Below are positions 37,495-48,100 of a stretch of DNA of 64,000 nucleotides, one piece after another. The translations under genes and the position numbers were made by a program. The notes below the pieces were generated by a model. That model did not search any database, was not told where the DNA came from, and was given only the letters and a program-made list of their open reading frames with translations. The stretch covers positions 2,402-66,401 of the forward strand of contig CAJAIA010000018.1 of the NCBI GenBank assembly GCA_903939735.1. Direction: 5' to 3'. The DNA comes from an uncultured Ignavibacteria bacterium (GTDB lineage Bacteria; Bacteroidota; Ignavibacteria; Kapaibacteriales; Kapaibacteriaceae). Every line of letters begins with the position of its first letter. Position 1 is the first letter of the stretch.

Positions 37495-39266
37495 GCACGT
37501 CGACGATACGCATCCTGCCGGAGTACCTGGCCAATCAGATTGCGGCCGGAGAGGTCGTGCAACGTCCAGAATCGGTCGTGAAAGAACTAGTTGAGAACGC
37601 GATCGACGCAGGCGCAACAAGTGTAACCGTCGTTGTGCGTGACGCGGGCAAACAGCTCATCCACGTGATTGATAACGGCAGGGGAATGTCGCACGAAGAT
37701 CTGCAGCTTGCACTTGTCCGTCATGCAACCAGTAAGATCGCGAGTGAGGACGATCTGCATGCTATCCGAACGCTTGGGTTTCGTGGCGAAGCGATGGCCT
37801 CGATCGCAGCCGTCGCAGATGTCGAGATCCGTACACGTCGTTCTGACGACGACATGGGGTGGACGCTTCTGCAGCGGCCTGGACATGCTCCAGAGATCAA
37901 GCCTGCGTCGCATGACGGTGGCACGCAGGTGTTGGTTCGCAACCTGTTTTACAATGTTCCTGCCCGAAGGAAGTTCCTCAAGGCAGATCTCACGGAGTTC
38001 CGTCATATCTCCGAGACAATGCAGAAGCTCGCACTGTCTCGACCTGACGTGCGCATCGTTTTCTACGACAATCAGACACTCGTCTTCGACGTAAAGCCTG
38101 CAGACCAACGACGCCGTATCGCAGACATTGTCGCACTCGATCCACATCGTGCATTCGTTGAGTTTGATGCGGAGGATCGTGGGCTGCGCGTTCAAGGATA
38201 TGCCGGTTTGCCGAATGTTGCCCGGCAGAGTCGGAGTGGACAGTACGTCTTCCTCAATGCACGTCCAATTGTGAGTCGCTCGATCGCACATGCAATCACC
38301 TCTGCCTATGAGCATTTGCTCGATAGCGGACAGCATCCTGTATTTGTGGCATACGTCACCATTGATCCTCAGCGCGTCGACGTCAATGTTCATCCGCAGA
38401 AGCACGAAGTGAAGTTTGATGATGAGCGTCAACTGTACCTCCTTGTTCAGCAAGCAGTGTCGCGTGCTCTCTCGCAGGCGCAGGTGATCCCAAGTTTCAT
38501 TGGCGATGTCGCGCTTGCACATCGACCTCTGCAGTCCTTACCGTCCTCTCCCGTTGGCACGTCGATGGTCGTCAATCGTCTTACGGGGGAGATTCTTACG
38601 CAAGCGCAAGGACGTTCATCCGCGCCGGACCAGCGATCAGGTGCAGCAGTGGTGTCGTCGGGAATGCATGAGGCATTCGATCAGCTCTTTGCGCGCCGAC
38701 GTGAGCATGAGACATCTGGGATTCTCCATGCGGGCGGACAGTATGTTGTGACAACGAATAATGAAGGTTTGGTGATTGTCGATCAGCGTGCAGCACATGA
38801 ACGCATAGTCTATGAACGTGTGCTAGCACGAACCGGTGAACCCGTAGCGCAGTCACTGCTCTTCGCAGTTCTCGTGCGCTTAAGTCCGTCCCGTGTGGTG
38901 CTCATGCGTGAGTTTCATGACGAGCTCACCGAACTCGGATTTCGATGTGATGTAGAATCTGACGGACGTGTTCATGTGCACGCTGTTCCATCGGACGTCA
39001 AGCCCGGAAGTGAAGAGTCGGCTCTCGATGATCTTCTCCAGGCGCTCGAAGAAATCGAATCTGTTCCTCGCACACAGCGACGCGAGAGTGTTGCCTCGGC
39101 ATTTGCCTCGCGTTATGCGCTCCGCCGTGGGGAGGCTCTTACAAGTGACGAAGCTGCGGCCCTTGTACGCGATTTGTTCAGTTGTTCCGTCCCACATCGT
39201 TCGCCGCGTGGAGATGCCACGTACATCCTCATACCCTTTGATGAACTTGCACAACGATTCCGATGA
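37491..39266 (+). CDS. mutL: DNA mismatch repair protein MutL
   Basis: ILPEYLANQIAAGEVVQRPESVVKELVENAIDAG is the GHKL ATPase motif. There is a C-terminal dimerisation domain. The start is set at MSTSTIRIL. Confidence 0.9.
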   Translation: MSTSTIRILPEYLANQIAAGEVVQRPESVVKELVENAIDAGATSVTVVVRDAGKQLIHVIDNGRGMSHEDLQLALVRHATSKIASEDDLHAIRTLGFRGEAMASIAAVADVEIRTRRSDDDMGWTLLQRPGHAPEIKPASHDGGTQVLVRNLFYNVPARRKFLKADLTEFRHISETMQKLALSRPDVRIVFYDNQTLVFDVKPADQRRRIADIVALDPHRAFVEFDAEDRGLRVQGYAGLPNVARQSRSGQYVFLNARPIVSRSIAHAITSAYEHLLDSGQHPVFVAYVTIDPQRVDVNVHPQKHEVKFDDERQLYLLVQQAVSRALSQAQVIPSFIGDVALAHRPLQSLPSSPVGTSMVVNRLTGEILTQAQGRSSAPDQRSGAAVVSSGMHEAFDQLFARRREHETSGILHAGGQYVVTTNNEGLVIVDQRAAHERIVYERVLARTGEPVAQSLLFAVLVRLSPSRVVLMREFHDELTELGFRCDVESDGRVHVHAVPSDVKPGSEESALDDLLQALEEIESVPRTQRRESVASAFASRYALRRGEALTSDEAAALVRDLFSCSVPHRSPRGDATYILIPFDELAQRFR

Positions 39267-39913
39267 AGACACAGATCACCATTCTCGCCCTTGTCGCGTT
39301 GGTTGCCGTGAGTTCGGCAATGGGGCAACCTGCAACAGGTACTGCGAAAAAGGACAAGGACATCGACCTCGAAGTTCTTGCCGCATGGCTTGAGGGGTCG
39401 TTCTCAAGCAAGGACCAGGCAGCGACCGACAGCACGTATCTTGATATACGGTTGCGGATGAAACGCATCTGGCACACACGGACAGATGGTTACTGGTTCG
39501 TCGTTGAGCAGGCCGTTGCGACCTCGCAGGATGCACCATATCGGCAGCGCGTGTATCAGGTGCGACGTGTTGAAGAACGTATGATCGAGTCGCGAACCTT
39601 TACGTGGAAGGATCCTGCACGCGTCATCGGGGCCTGGAAGGACACCACCCTTGTTGATGGACTCGACCCATCAAATCTTGCTCTGCGCCGTGGTTGCGAA
39701 GTCTACATGCAGCTCGACGCGATTCACTTCTTCGGTTCGACGCATGGAACAGCCTGCACGAGCGAGCTCCGTGGAGCATCGTATGCAACGTCCGAGGTCA
39801 AGATCTATCGAGACAGAATCGTGTCGTGGGATCGGGGGTATTCTTCGGACAACGCACAGGTGTGGGGCGCGACCAAGGGCGGATATGTCTTTCTCCGTCA
39901 AGAGGGTTGGTAG
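39263..39913 (+). CDS. Secreted hypothetical protein (lipocalin/CpcT-like guess)
   Basis: A 216-aa protein with a signal peptide (MKTQITILALVALVAVSSAMG) and beta-rich sequence. The function is not supported beyond that. Confidence 0.4.
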   Translation: MKTQITILALVALVAVSSAMGQPATGTAKKDKDIDLEVLAAWLEGSFSSKDQAATDSTYLDIRLRMKRIWHTRTDGYWFVVEQAVATSQDAPYRQRVYQVRRVEERMIESRTFTWKDPARVIGAWKDTTLVDGLDPSNLALRRGCEVYMQLDAIHFFGSTHGTACTSELRGASYATSEVKIYRDRIVSWDRGYSSDNAQVWGATKGGYVFLRQEGW

Positions 39914-39929
39914 CACCCTGCCCCCTTCC

Positions 39930-39937
39930 TAACTTTG
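39930..39937 (+). promoter_or_regulatory. Putative FCB-type promoter (-33 TTG at 39907, -7 TAACTTTG) for the SDR gene
   Basis: TTG-N20-TAACTTTG is a perfect match to the Bacteroidetes TTG/TAnnTTTG architecture and lies about 28 nt upstream of the ATG at 39966. Confidence 0.45.
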
Positions 39938-39965
39938 CAGCTCGATTTTCTTTCCGCAATAACAG

Positions 39966-40787
39966 TTGGCAACCATGGCATCGCAACAGTACGTTTTGAT
40001 TCTCGGTGTATCCAGTGGATTTGGTCGCGCCGCCGCACGCGCACTCGCAGCGGATGGCTTTCACATCGCTGGGGTTCACCTCGATCGTGCAGCTGGTCTT
40101 CAGCAAGTGGAGGACCTCAAGGCTGAATTGCATGGCATGGGCGTTCGCACACTGTTCTACAACATGAATGCGGCCGATCCAGATCGTCGTGCCGAAGTTA
40201 TCGCTGGACTCAAGGATGAGTTCGCGAAGCACGAGGGTGCTTCACTGCGCATGATGCTGCATTCGCTTGCATTCGGAACGCTGAAGCCGTTTATCGCCGA
40301 TCAGCCGAACGATGCCATTTCGCAGAAGAATCTCGACATGACGTTGGATGTGATGGCGAACTCGCTCATCTACTACACCCAAGACGTTGTCCGCAACGGA
40401 CTGATGGGTCAGGGCGGTCGTATTGTCGGTCTTACAAGTGCCGGTGCAACGCGCGTACTCCCGATGTACGGCGCAGTATCTGCAGCCAAGGCCGCGATGG
40501 AGTCGTACTGTCGTCAGCTGGCGCTTGAACTCGCGCCATACGGCATTACAGCCAATTCGATTCGAGCAGGTGTGACGCACACGCCAGCGCTGTCGAAAAT
40601 CCCAGGCAGCGACATCATCATGAACAACGCGCTCATGCGTAATCCATACCACCGCTTGACCACACCAGAAGACATTGCCAATGTGCTCCGACTCCTTGCG
40701 AAGGACGAAGCACAATGGATCAATGGTGAAGTTCTTGGTGTTGACGGCGGCGAAGACGCAATCGACCTTACGTGGTACAAGCCGTAA
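39966..40787 (+). CDS. SDR-family NAD(P)-dependent oxidoreductase (FabV/FabL-like glycine motif)
   Basis: LILGVSSGFGRAAARALA Rossmann motif. Length 273 aa. Its specific activity is unknown. Confidence 0.6.
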   Translation: MATMASQQYVLILGVSSGFGRAAARALAADGFHIAGVHLDRAAGLQQVEDLKAELHGMGVRTLFYNMNAADPDRRAEVIAGLKDEFAKHEGASLRMMLHSLAFGTLKPFIADQPNDAISQKNLDMTLDVMANSLIYYTQDVVRNGLMGQGGRIVGLTSAGATRVLPMYGAVSAAKAAMESYCRQLALELAPYGITANSIRAGVTHTPALSKIPGSDIIMNNALMRNPYHRLTTPEDIANVLRLLAKDEAQWINGEVLGVDGGEDAIDLTWYKP

Positions 40788-40804
40788 GGCGAGGATCTCT
40801 GGGT

Positions 40805-42166
40805 TTAGAGATACTCAAGTACGTCGTGGCGTGTTAGCACGCCCGATAGGCGTCCAAACTCTGAGACAATGATCATCGGTGATGACTTCAGCGTGCTAAT
40901 TGCCGTTTGCACATGCTCGTGTGCATCGACGATTGGTGCGGGTTGCTCCATGAAGTCTGCAACCGGACGCTCCAAAACGAGGCGATCACCGATCACGGCA
41001 GACATCAGTTTCGACTCACGCGTTGTTCCAACGAGTGTATCGTCGTCGATTACAGGCAGATCGCTCACTTCATACGAGCTCATAAGCGCAAGAGCTTCAT
41101 TGACTGTAGCTGAACTCGGCAAGCTGACCAGTGATGGCAGTGTGCCTCGTGTGCGCTTGGCTGCGATGACGTCACGGATCATCAGGCGATCCTGTTCAAG
41201 CAGATTCTTTTCGGTAAGCCACTCATCAGAGTGATGCTTGGAGAGATAGCGCTCTCCCGTGTCACAGATGATGGCAACAACGACCGCTTCAGGAGGGAGA
41301 AGTTTAGCCACCTTGAGTGCAGCCGCTACGTTCATTCCTGACGAGCCACCGCAGAAGATGCCTTCATGACGTGCCAGTGCACGTGCCATCATGAATGCTT
41401 CTTTGTCGTTGATGTTGAGAAACTCGTCGACGAGATTCACATCAAGATTGAGTGGGACACGTTCTTGACCAACACCCTCAACGAGATAGGGAAGCGGCTC
41501 GATGATTCGGCCAGTCTCTTTAAATGTCTTGAGGATGGATCCCACAGGATCGGCAGCAATCACTTTGAGGTGTGGGTTCTTCGACTTGAGATAGCGCGCC
41601 GTTCCAGTGATTGTACCACCGGTGCCAATGCCTGCGATAAAGTGTGTGACTGTGCCATCGGTATCATCCCAGATTTCCGGACCCGTTGTGCATTCGTGAA
41701 TGGCAGGGTTGGCAGGATTGTCATACTGATTCAGCATGATCGCGTTCGGAATTTCCTCGCTCAGGCGCTTGGCAGTATTCCAGTAGTATTCCGGCGAGCT
41801 CATCTTCGCGGCGCCCGACACAATCAAGACATCAGCGCCGAGAGCCTTCAGGTAGCGTACGCGTTCTTGTGATGCCTTGTCGGTCATGACAAACAGACAG
41901 TTGTATCCTTTGAGACGCGCCGCAAGGGCGAGACCGATACCCGTATTGCCACTGGTTGGCTCAATGATGAGAGCGCCCGGCTTGAGGCGACCATCACGCT
42001 CTGCAGCTTCGATCATCGCAATGCCAATGCGATCCTTCACGGAACCGCCAGGGTTCATGTTCTCGAGTTTCACGTACACTTGGGCTTCGATGCCCTGTGT
42101 TACATGGTTGAGTTTGACAAGGGGCGTCTTGCCGATCAGCTGAAGGACACTTGCGTAGGTATTCAT
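40805..42166 (-). CDS. Cystathionine beta-synthase-like PLP enzyme with C-terminal tandem CBS domains
   Basis: The N-terminus has the O-acetylserine sulfhydrylase fold (KLENMNPGGSVKDRIG, GNTGIGLA). The C-terminal ~120 aa are CBS pairs. Confidence 0.8.
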   Translation of the reverse strand: MNTYASVLQLIGKTPLVKLNHVTQGIEAQVYVKLENMNPGGSVKDRIGIAMIEAAERDGRLKPGALIIEPTSGNTGIGLALAARLKGYNCLFVMTDKASQERVRYLKALGADVLIVSGAAKMSSPEYYWNTAKRLSEEIPNAIMLNQYDNPANPAIHECTTGPEIWDDTDGTVTHFIAGIGTGGTITGTARYLKSKNPHLKVIAADPVGSILKTFKETGRIIEPLPYLVEGVGQERVPLNLDVNLVDEFLNINDKEAFMMARALARHEGIFCGGSSGMNVAAALKVAKLLPPEAVVVAIICDTGERYLSKHHSDEWLTEKNLLEQDRLMIRDVIAAKRTRGTLPSLVSLPSSATVNEALALMSSYEVSDLPVIDDDTLVGTTRESKLMSAVIGDRLVLERPVADFMEQPAPIVDAHEHVQTAISTLKSSPMIIVSEFGRLSGVLTRHDVLEYL

Positions 42167-43926
42167 GAGAGCTGTTGTTCCAATTGTTGTCGTTCAAACA
42201 TGGAAGCGTAGGTTCCGTTCTGTGCAAGGAGTTCGGCGTGCGAACCCGATTCGATAATACGACCGTTCTCGAGAACCACGATGTTCGTGCACTGTTGTAC
42301 AGTCGACAGGCGGTGCGAAATGATGATCGTCGTACGATTCTTCATGATCTGTTCGAGTTCGCGTAGCACACGATCCTCGGTATCAGCATCAATCGCGGAG
42401 AGGGCATCATCAAGGATGAGAATCTTCGGATTCGCGGCGATCGCTCGAGCCAGCGATGTTCGCTGCTTCTGTCCACCTGAGAGCGTTACGCCACGCTCGC
42501 CGACCACCGTATCGTATCCCTCAGACAGCTGGAGAATGTCCTGATGGAGTTGCGCACGCATGGCTGCTGCCACAACATCCTCGTCCGTTGCCTCAGGATT
42601 GCCGAAGCGAATGTTGTCGCGAATTGACTCGGAGAACAAGAACGCCTCTTGCGGTACGATCGCGATGGACGACCGAAGGACGTGAAGGTCGATGTCGCGT
42701 ACGTCGACACCCTCGATGAGCAAACGACCAGTGCTCACATCATAGAGCCGTGGGACAAGTCCCACGAGTGTCGACTTGCCGCTTCCAACCGCTCCAACGA
42801 TACCCAGACTCGTTCCTGCGGGAACCGTAATGGAGATGTCATCAAGCACCTGTGTGGTTCCATCGTAGGAAAGCGACACGTGATCAAACACAATGTTGCC
42901 CGTGATCATCACATCGTGCGGTGATGTAGGCGAGGTTACATCTGACGGAGCCTCATAGAGAGCACCTAAGCGTCCCATCGAAGCTGCACCGCGTTGGATC
43001 ATGCTCGTAACCCAGCCAATAGCAGCGATGGGCCACAGCAATTGGTTGAGGTAGATGAAAAACTGTGTCAGTTCGCCAACGGTAAGCGTCTTCTGGATTA
43101 CCTGGTAGCCGCCTACGGTTAGCACGATGATGTAGCTGATGTTAAACAGTACGGTCATGCCTGGCATCATCAATGACTGTACACGCGCCAGCTGCATGTT
43201 CTTTTCGTAGTACGTCTTGCTGAGTGCATTAAAGCGAGTTGCTTCAAAGGCACCACGCACGTAGGCGCGTATCACGCGGATGCCGGAGGCTGTCTCCTGT
43301 GCATGTGTTGTGATGTTCTCGTATTCCTGCTGCACTACCTTATATGTCGAATGGATCCGCTTACCAAGACGATAGGTGAGCGTTGCGACCAGTGGGACGG
43401 GAATGAGAATTGCCGCAGTCAGCAGAACGTCGAGTGACGTCATCCATGAAAGAGCAAAGGCGAATGTTGTGATCGTGTTCGCCGTATACATGATGGCAGG
43501 ACCGATGAACTCGCGCACCGAGCTAATGTCATTGGAAAAATGCGCAAGAATCGAACCCGTTGATCGCTCATGGAAGAAGCGTTGTGATTGATCCTTGACA
43601 GCGGCAACAACATCATTGCGAAGTGCTTCTTCGATGTAGCGCGACATCACGATGATCGTGCGGCGCGTTGCAAACATGAAGAAGCCGCTGCCGATCGTGA
43701 GTGCCAAGATCTTAACGATCAGCCAGGTTACATCGGTCGATGTAAACGATGCTGATCCAAGCGTGTCAATCATTGATCCAACGACATACGGAATCGCAGT
43801 CGAGCAGATGTTCGAGATCGTGATAAAGATCAGCCCCAGCACAACGAGCTTCGTGTGCTTCCGAACATAGGGGATCAGGCGGCGAAGCTCGTGCAAAGCG
43901 CCACCGCGTGGTAAGGGGGCAGACAT
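42163..43926 (-). CDS. ABC transporter permease/ATP-binding protein (MsbA-like exporter)
   Basis: Six TM helices, then Walker A GAVGSGKST, the signature LSGGQKQR and Walker B ILILDDALSAID. Confidence 0.85.
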   Translation of the reverse strand: MSAPLPRGGALHELRRLIPYVRKHTKLVVLGLIFITISNICSTAIPYVVGSMIDTLGSASFTSTDVTWLIVKILALTIGSGFFMFATRRTIIVMSRYIEEALRNDVVAAVKDQSQRFFHERSTGSILAHFSNDISSVREFIGPAIMYTANTITTFAFALSWMTSLDVLLTAAILIPVPLVATLTYRLGKRIHSTYKVVQQEYENITTHAQETASGIRVIRAYVRGAFEATRFNALSKTYYEKNMQLARVQSLMMPGMTVLFNISYIIVLTVGGYQVIQKTLTVGELTQFFIYLNQLLWPIAAIGWVTSMIQRGAASMGRLGALYEAPSDVTSPTSPHDVMITGNIVFDHVSLSYDGTTQVLDDISITVPAGTSLGIVGAVGSGKSTLVGLVPRLYDVSTGRLLIEGVDVRDIDLHVLRSSIAIVPQEAFLFSESIRDNIRFGNPEATDEDVVAAAMRAQLHQDILQLSEGYDTVVGERGVTLSGGQKQRTSLARAIAANPKILILDDALSAIDADTEDRVLRELEQIMKNRTTIIISHRLSTVQQCTNIVVLENGRIIESGSHAELLAQNGTYASMFERQQLEQQLS

Positions 43927-44990
43927 TAGGCGATTGTGACGTCCTTGCAGAGGTAGACGTCCTGGATCGCATGCAAGAGCTCAACGCCTTCCTTCATCGG
44001 ACGCTGGAATGCCTTCCGTCCGCTGATCAAGCCCATGCCGCCGGCGCGCTTGTTGATGACAGCAGTCGTGATCGCTTCTGCCATATCGTTGGTTCCGGAC
44101 GGTCCACCACTGTTAATCAGTCCGATGCGACCCATGTAGCAGTTCGCTACTTGATAGCGGCAGAGGTCAATCGGGTGGTCTGACGCCAGCTCAGTGTACA
44201 TGCGCTCGTCGAGCTTCCCGTAGCTCGAACCACCCATGTTGAGTGCCTTAAAACCACCATTGTTTTCTGGTAGCTTTTGCTTGATGATATCAGCGCCAAG
44301 CGTTACACCGAGGTGATTCGCCTGGCCAGTGAGATCTGCCGCAACGTGATAGTCTTTATCAGCTTTGAACGCATTGTTGCGGATGTAGCACCAGAGAATC
44401 GTTGCCATGCCCAGTTCGTGAGCGCGAGCAAACGCTTGGGCGATTTCAACGATCTGACGTGAACTCTCGTTTGATCCGAAGTAGATGGTCGCACCAACGG
44501 CAGCGGCTCCCATGTCGGCAGCCTGCTCTACAGTACCGAACATGATTTGATCGAACTTGTTCGGATAGGTAAGCAGTTCGTTGTGGTTGATCTTTACGAC
44601 GAAGGGAATCTTGTGTGCATATCTGCGAGCCACATTACCGAGAACGCCGAACGTAGACGCTACGGCGTTGCATCCACCATCAATAGCAAGCTCAACGATG
44701 TTCGTAGGGTCGAAGTATGCCGGATTCTTCGCGAATGATGCACCTGCGCTGTGCTCAATCCCCTGATCGACAGGAAGGATGGAGACATATCCTGTGCCAG
44801 CGAGACGACCCGTGTTGTTCATCCATTCGAGGTTGCGAAGTACACGGTTGTTGCGATCTGAACCGCCGAACAGTGTATCGACAGAATTCGAGGACGGCAC
44901 ATGAATCATCGACGAGGGAATCGTCGTTGATGTATGCTGGAGATAGTACGATGCCTTGTCGCCGAGAGCTTGGGTGATGCGATCGATCAT
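43926..44990 (-). CDS. fbaB: Class I fructose-bisphosphate aldolase (FbaB/DhnA type)
   Basis: Near-collinear with E. coli FbaB: [47 protein letters not shown] and [16 protein letters not shown]. The start is set at MIDRITQ. Confidence 0.85.
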   Translation of the reverse strand: MIDRITQALGDKASYYLQHTSTTIPSSMIHVPSSNSVDTLFGGSDRNNRVLRNLEWMNNTGRLAGTGYVSILPVDQGIEHSAGASFAKNPAYFDPTNIVELAIDGGCNAVASTFGVLGNVARRYAHKIPFVVKINHNELLTYPNKFDQIMFGTVEQAADMGAAAVGATIYFGSNESSRQIVEIAQAFARAHELGMATILWCYIRNNAFKADKDYHVAADLTGQANHLGVTLGADIIKQKLPENNGGFKALNMGGSSYGKLDERMYTELASDHPIDLCRYQVANCYMGRIGLINSGGPSGTNDMAEAITTAVINKRAGGMGLISGRKAFQRPMKEGVELLHAIQDVYLCKDVTIA

Positions 44991-45059
44991 GTCGGTATCT
45001 ACGGATTGTGAATACACAAAGATACGGGCTTCTCACCGACCATTCCCCCCGTAATGAGA

Positions 45060-45093
45060 AACGGCGCGCCGTCCGGATGGACGACGCGCCGTT
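45060..45093 (-). terminator. GC-rich hairpin downstream of the T9SS adhesin gene (no U-tract)
   Basis: A 14-bp stem (AACGGCGCGCCGTC / GACGACGCGCCGTT, one mismatch) with a 6-nt loop lies in the 107-bp gap between convergent genes. Confidence 0.35.
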
Positions 45094-45124
45094 GTGATGT
45101 GCGAGGGAGGTTCCTGAGCGTCGC

Positions 45125-48100
45125 TTACTTCACCACAGCAAACTGTGTGCTGGCCACAAACGGACCACTGATCATGCGCAGGAAGTAGACGCCAGAAGCA
45201 AGTGACGATGTATTTGCTTCGAAGAGATATGATCCTGATGGGGTTACGCCACTCGTTGCTTCGATGACAATGTTGCCCATTGCATCCACAACTTGGAATG
45301 TTGTGGCCACTGTAATACCCGTTGTGTAGGCCACGACCAGTTCGTCACGAACCGGGTTGTTCCGTGGATTCATCAAGCCAAACTGCTGGTTGCCAAACTT
45401 GACCAGGCGCCCAGTCGTGAAGCAGACAAACTTCATGGTGACAGCTGTCTTGTCGCCAGTCGTCACGAGGCAGGAGAGAGGGCTTGTGACCGTCATCGAC
45501 ATCGGCAGTGTTGAATCAGCATTGAGGTACGTGTTAAACGTCGGAGTCACGAATGCCCCTTGCGTCAATATGCCTGTTACAGACTGAGCGCGGATGGCAA
45601 CCGATCCCACACCTGGTGTTGGTGTGAAGGTCCAACCAAGCATCTCTGGTTGTGTGAAGCCTGCGAACGACATTGCTTCGGCATCGTGCGTGATCGTGAT
45701 GTCGAATTGCGTTGGGGCAGCCCCAGCAAAGTTCGCAGCATTGTAACTCACACTGATTGGTGTCGACAATACCTGTCCAGCTTGCGCCTGAGCGATCGTG
45801 CCATAGCGGAAATCAACTGGTGTTGATACGCCATTTCCAGACATCGTAACGTTCAGTTTGAGATTCTGATCGTTTGCAAACGCATAGGAGGCCGAATACG
45901 CTTGAACAGCAGTCGGACGGAACGTGACCGTGATCACCTTTGTCTCGCCAGGAGCGACGGTAAATGCGGCTTTCTCACTCAGTTCAAATGCAGCTGCATC
46001 ACCCGAACCAACGGCAGCTTGTACGTTGAGTGCGAACTGACTTGGGTTGACGATCGCGAAGCTGTCGACGCGTGTTGCACACGTCAGCGTGTTGGCGAAG
46101 TTGATCGGCGGAATGCCTGATTGATCGAGACCAATGCCCTTGACTTCTACGCATGTGTTCGCATACGGTGGCACTGGACCAGGACCTGGCTTACCGTCGT
46201 GCTCGATGCAGACGTTGATGGTGTTGTTGCCGACGACAGCTGGTGTGAACGAAACATTCAATTCAAGCGTGCCGCCAGGAGCAATTGTCTGCGGGAACGT
46301 TGGTGGTGTTCCAGTCCAGGCGAACACCGTCGTAGCGTTTTGGAACGCAACGGCGTTGATCGTAAGTGCAGCATCGGCGTCCGTATTGCGGAGAGTGACC
46401 TTTCCTTGTTCAGGCGACGTTGTGCTGATTGGCCACGCCTTGAAGGTGAAGCCTGTTGCTTCGAGCACTGGTTGGAAACCTACACCCTTGATCAGACCAA
46501 CGAGCGGCGTGTTCTGTCCTTGTACTGTTGCTGTGACGGAAACACTGTGTGCACCGCGAGTCTGTGGCGTGTACGTCACAGGGATCTTGATGGACGCACC
46601 TGGCGCAAGAACCTGTGGAGCAGGCAAGGTGATGCCACTGAAGTTTGCATTCGTCGGATCGCTGATGCTAAATCCGGTGATGGATGCAGGATCCGTGTTG
46701 AGGTTTGTGATTGTGATGTTGCCGCTAACCGGCGTCAGCAGGCGAACGCGACCGAAGTCGATGCTGTCGATAGCAACGCGAGGCTCGACAATCTCAACAG
46801 TGATCGTTGAAACAGCACTACCACAGTCGGTTGGGAGACCGAAATCAACTGTACATGTCTTGATGCCAGGAGTTGCAGCAGCGATGTTCACATCAAGATT
46901 AAAGCAACCACCATTTGCCGCAAGGCTGAAGGCACCTTGGTTGCCAATCGTGATGTCTGGGTCCGGCTTGGTGATCGTCAGCTTCCCGTTTAGAGCTAGA
47001 GGGCCTGTGTTCTTCAACACACATGTAACTGTGCGTGATGTCGGTTGACCCAATGGGACCTTGCCGAGGGTAACCGTTGACTGGCTTTCCCACACGCACG
47101 GTGCAAGCCCTGTGCCTTCGAGAACGATCTGTGTATTCGCGTTGCAATTGCCAACAACTTCGAGAATCGCTGTCCGCAGGCCTGTGCCCTTTGGTTCGAA
47201 CGCCAGCTCGAGTGACAGCGTACGACCAGTGTCGAGACGAATAGGGAAGACCGTTGGCGAGATCACGCGGAAGTCTGCCGGGTTCGTGCCCGCAATACTG
47301 ATGCGTTGGATCGTTACCGGGAATGAGCCGCGATTCTGCACAACCGATGTCAGCGACACAGGTTCTTGCTGTCCTTGCGGTGTGCTCTTGAATGTCACCT
47401 TGTTTTGTGTAACAGTCAACTGCGGTGCAAGCACAGAGAAGTTGTTCTTCGATACGTCGTTTGATGCTGGTGATGCACCGTTCTTTGTCACGAACACGTC
47501 GGTCAGACCGCTGTTCGGCAATGTGATCGGTGGTGGTGTGAAGGACTTCGGACCCGTGTAGGAGTCTGTGGCGTAGGTGAAGTTCAGAGCATCTTTAACA
47601 GTCTTCGCCTTGTACACAAGGCCGCCAGCAGTTGGCGCAGCAGCATTCGCTGTCAAACGCGGATAACCACCCGCATCGTAAATCACATAGTAGTTGCGCC
47701 ATGTCGTAGCTGCCGTTCCAGTGTACGGTCCATTCCGCTCAATCGTTCCGCCGCGGCTGATGCCGACTTCGATGTATTTGCGGAAACGTCCCACAACGAT
47801 GATTTCAGGATTTCCAGAAGCATCGTAGCGGATGCCGATATCAGAGCAGTCGGATTCCGAACTTGATGTGCTCGAACCCTTGCTGATGTTTGACCACTGC
47901 AGGGATCCATCGGGAGCGAACTTGTAGACAAACATGTTGCGTGTATCAGCGGGGCCAGGCGACAATGGGAATCCGCCGAAGCTCGCGGCCTGGCTTGAGA
48001 AGTACCCCGCGACATAGACGTTGCCGTCTTTGTCCGTAACAGCGCCAATGACGCGCTCATCATTCGATGCGCTGCCCGTGAGCAGCATGGTGTTCATGAT

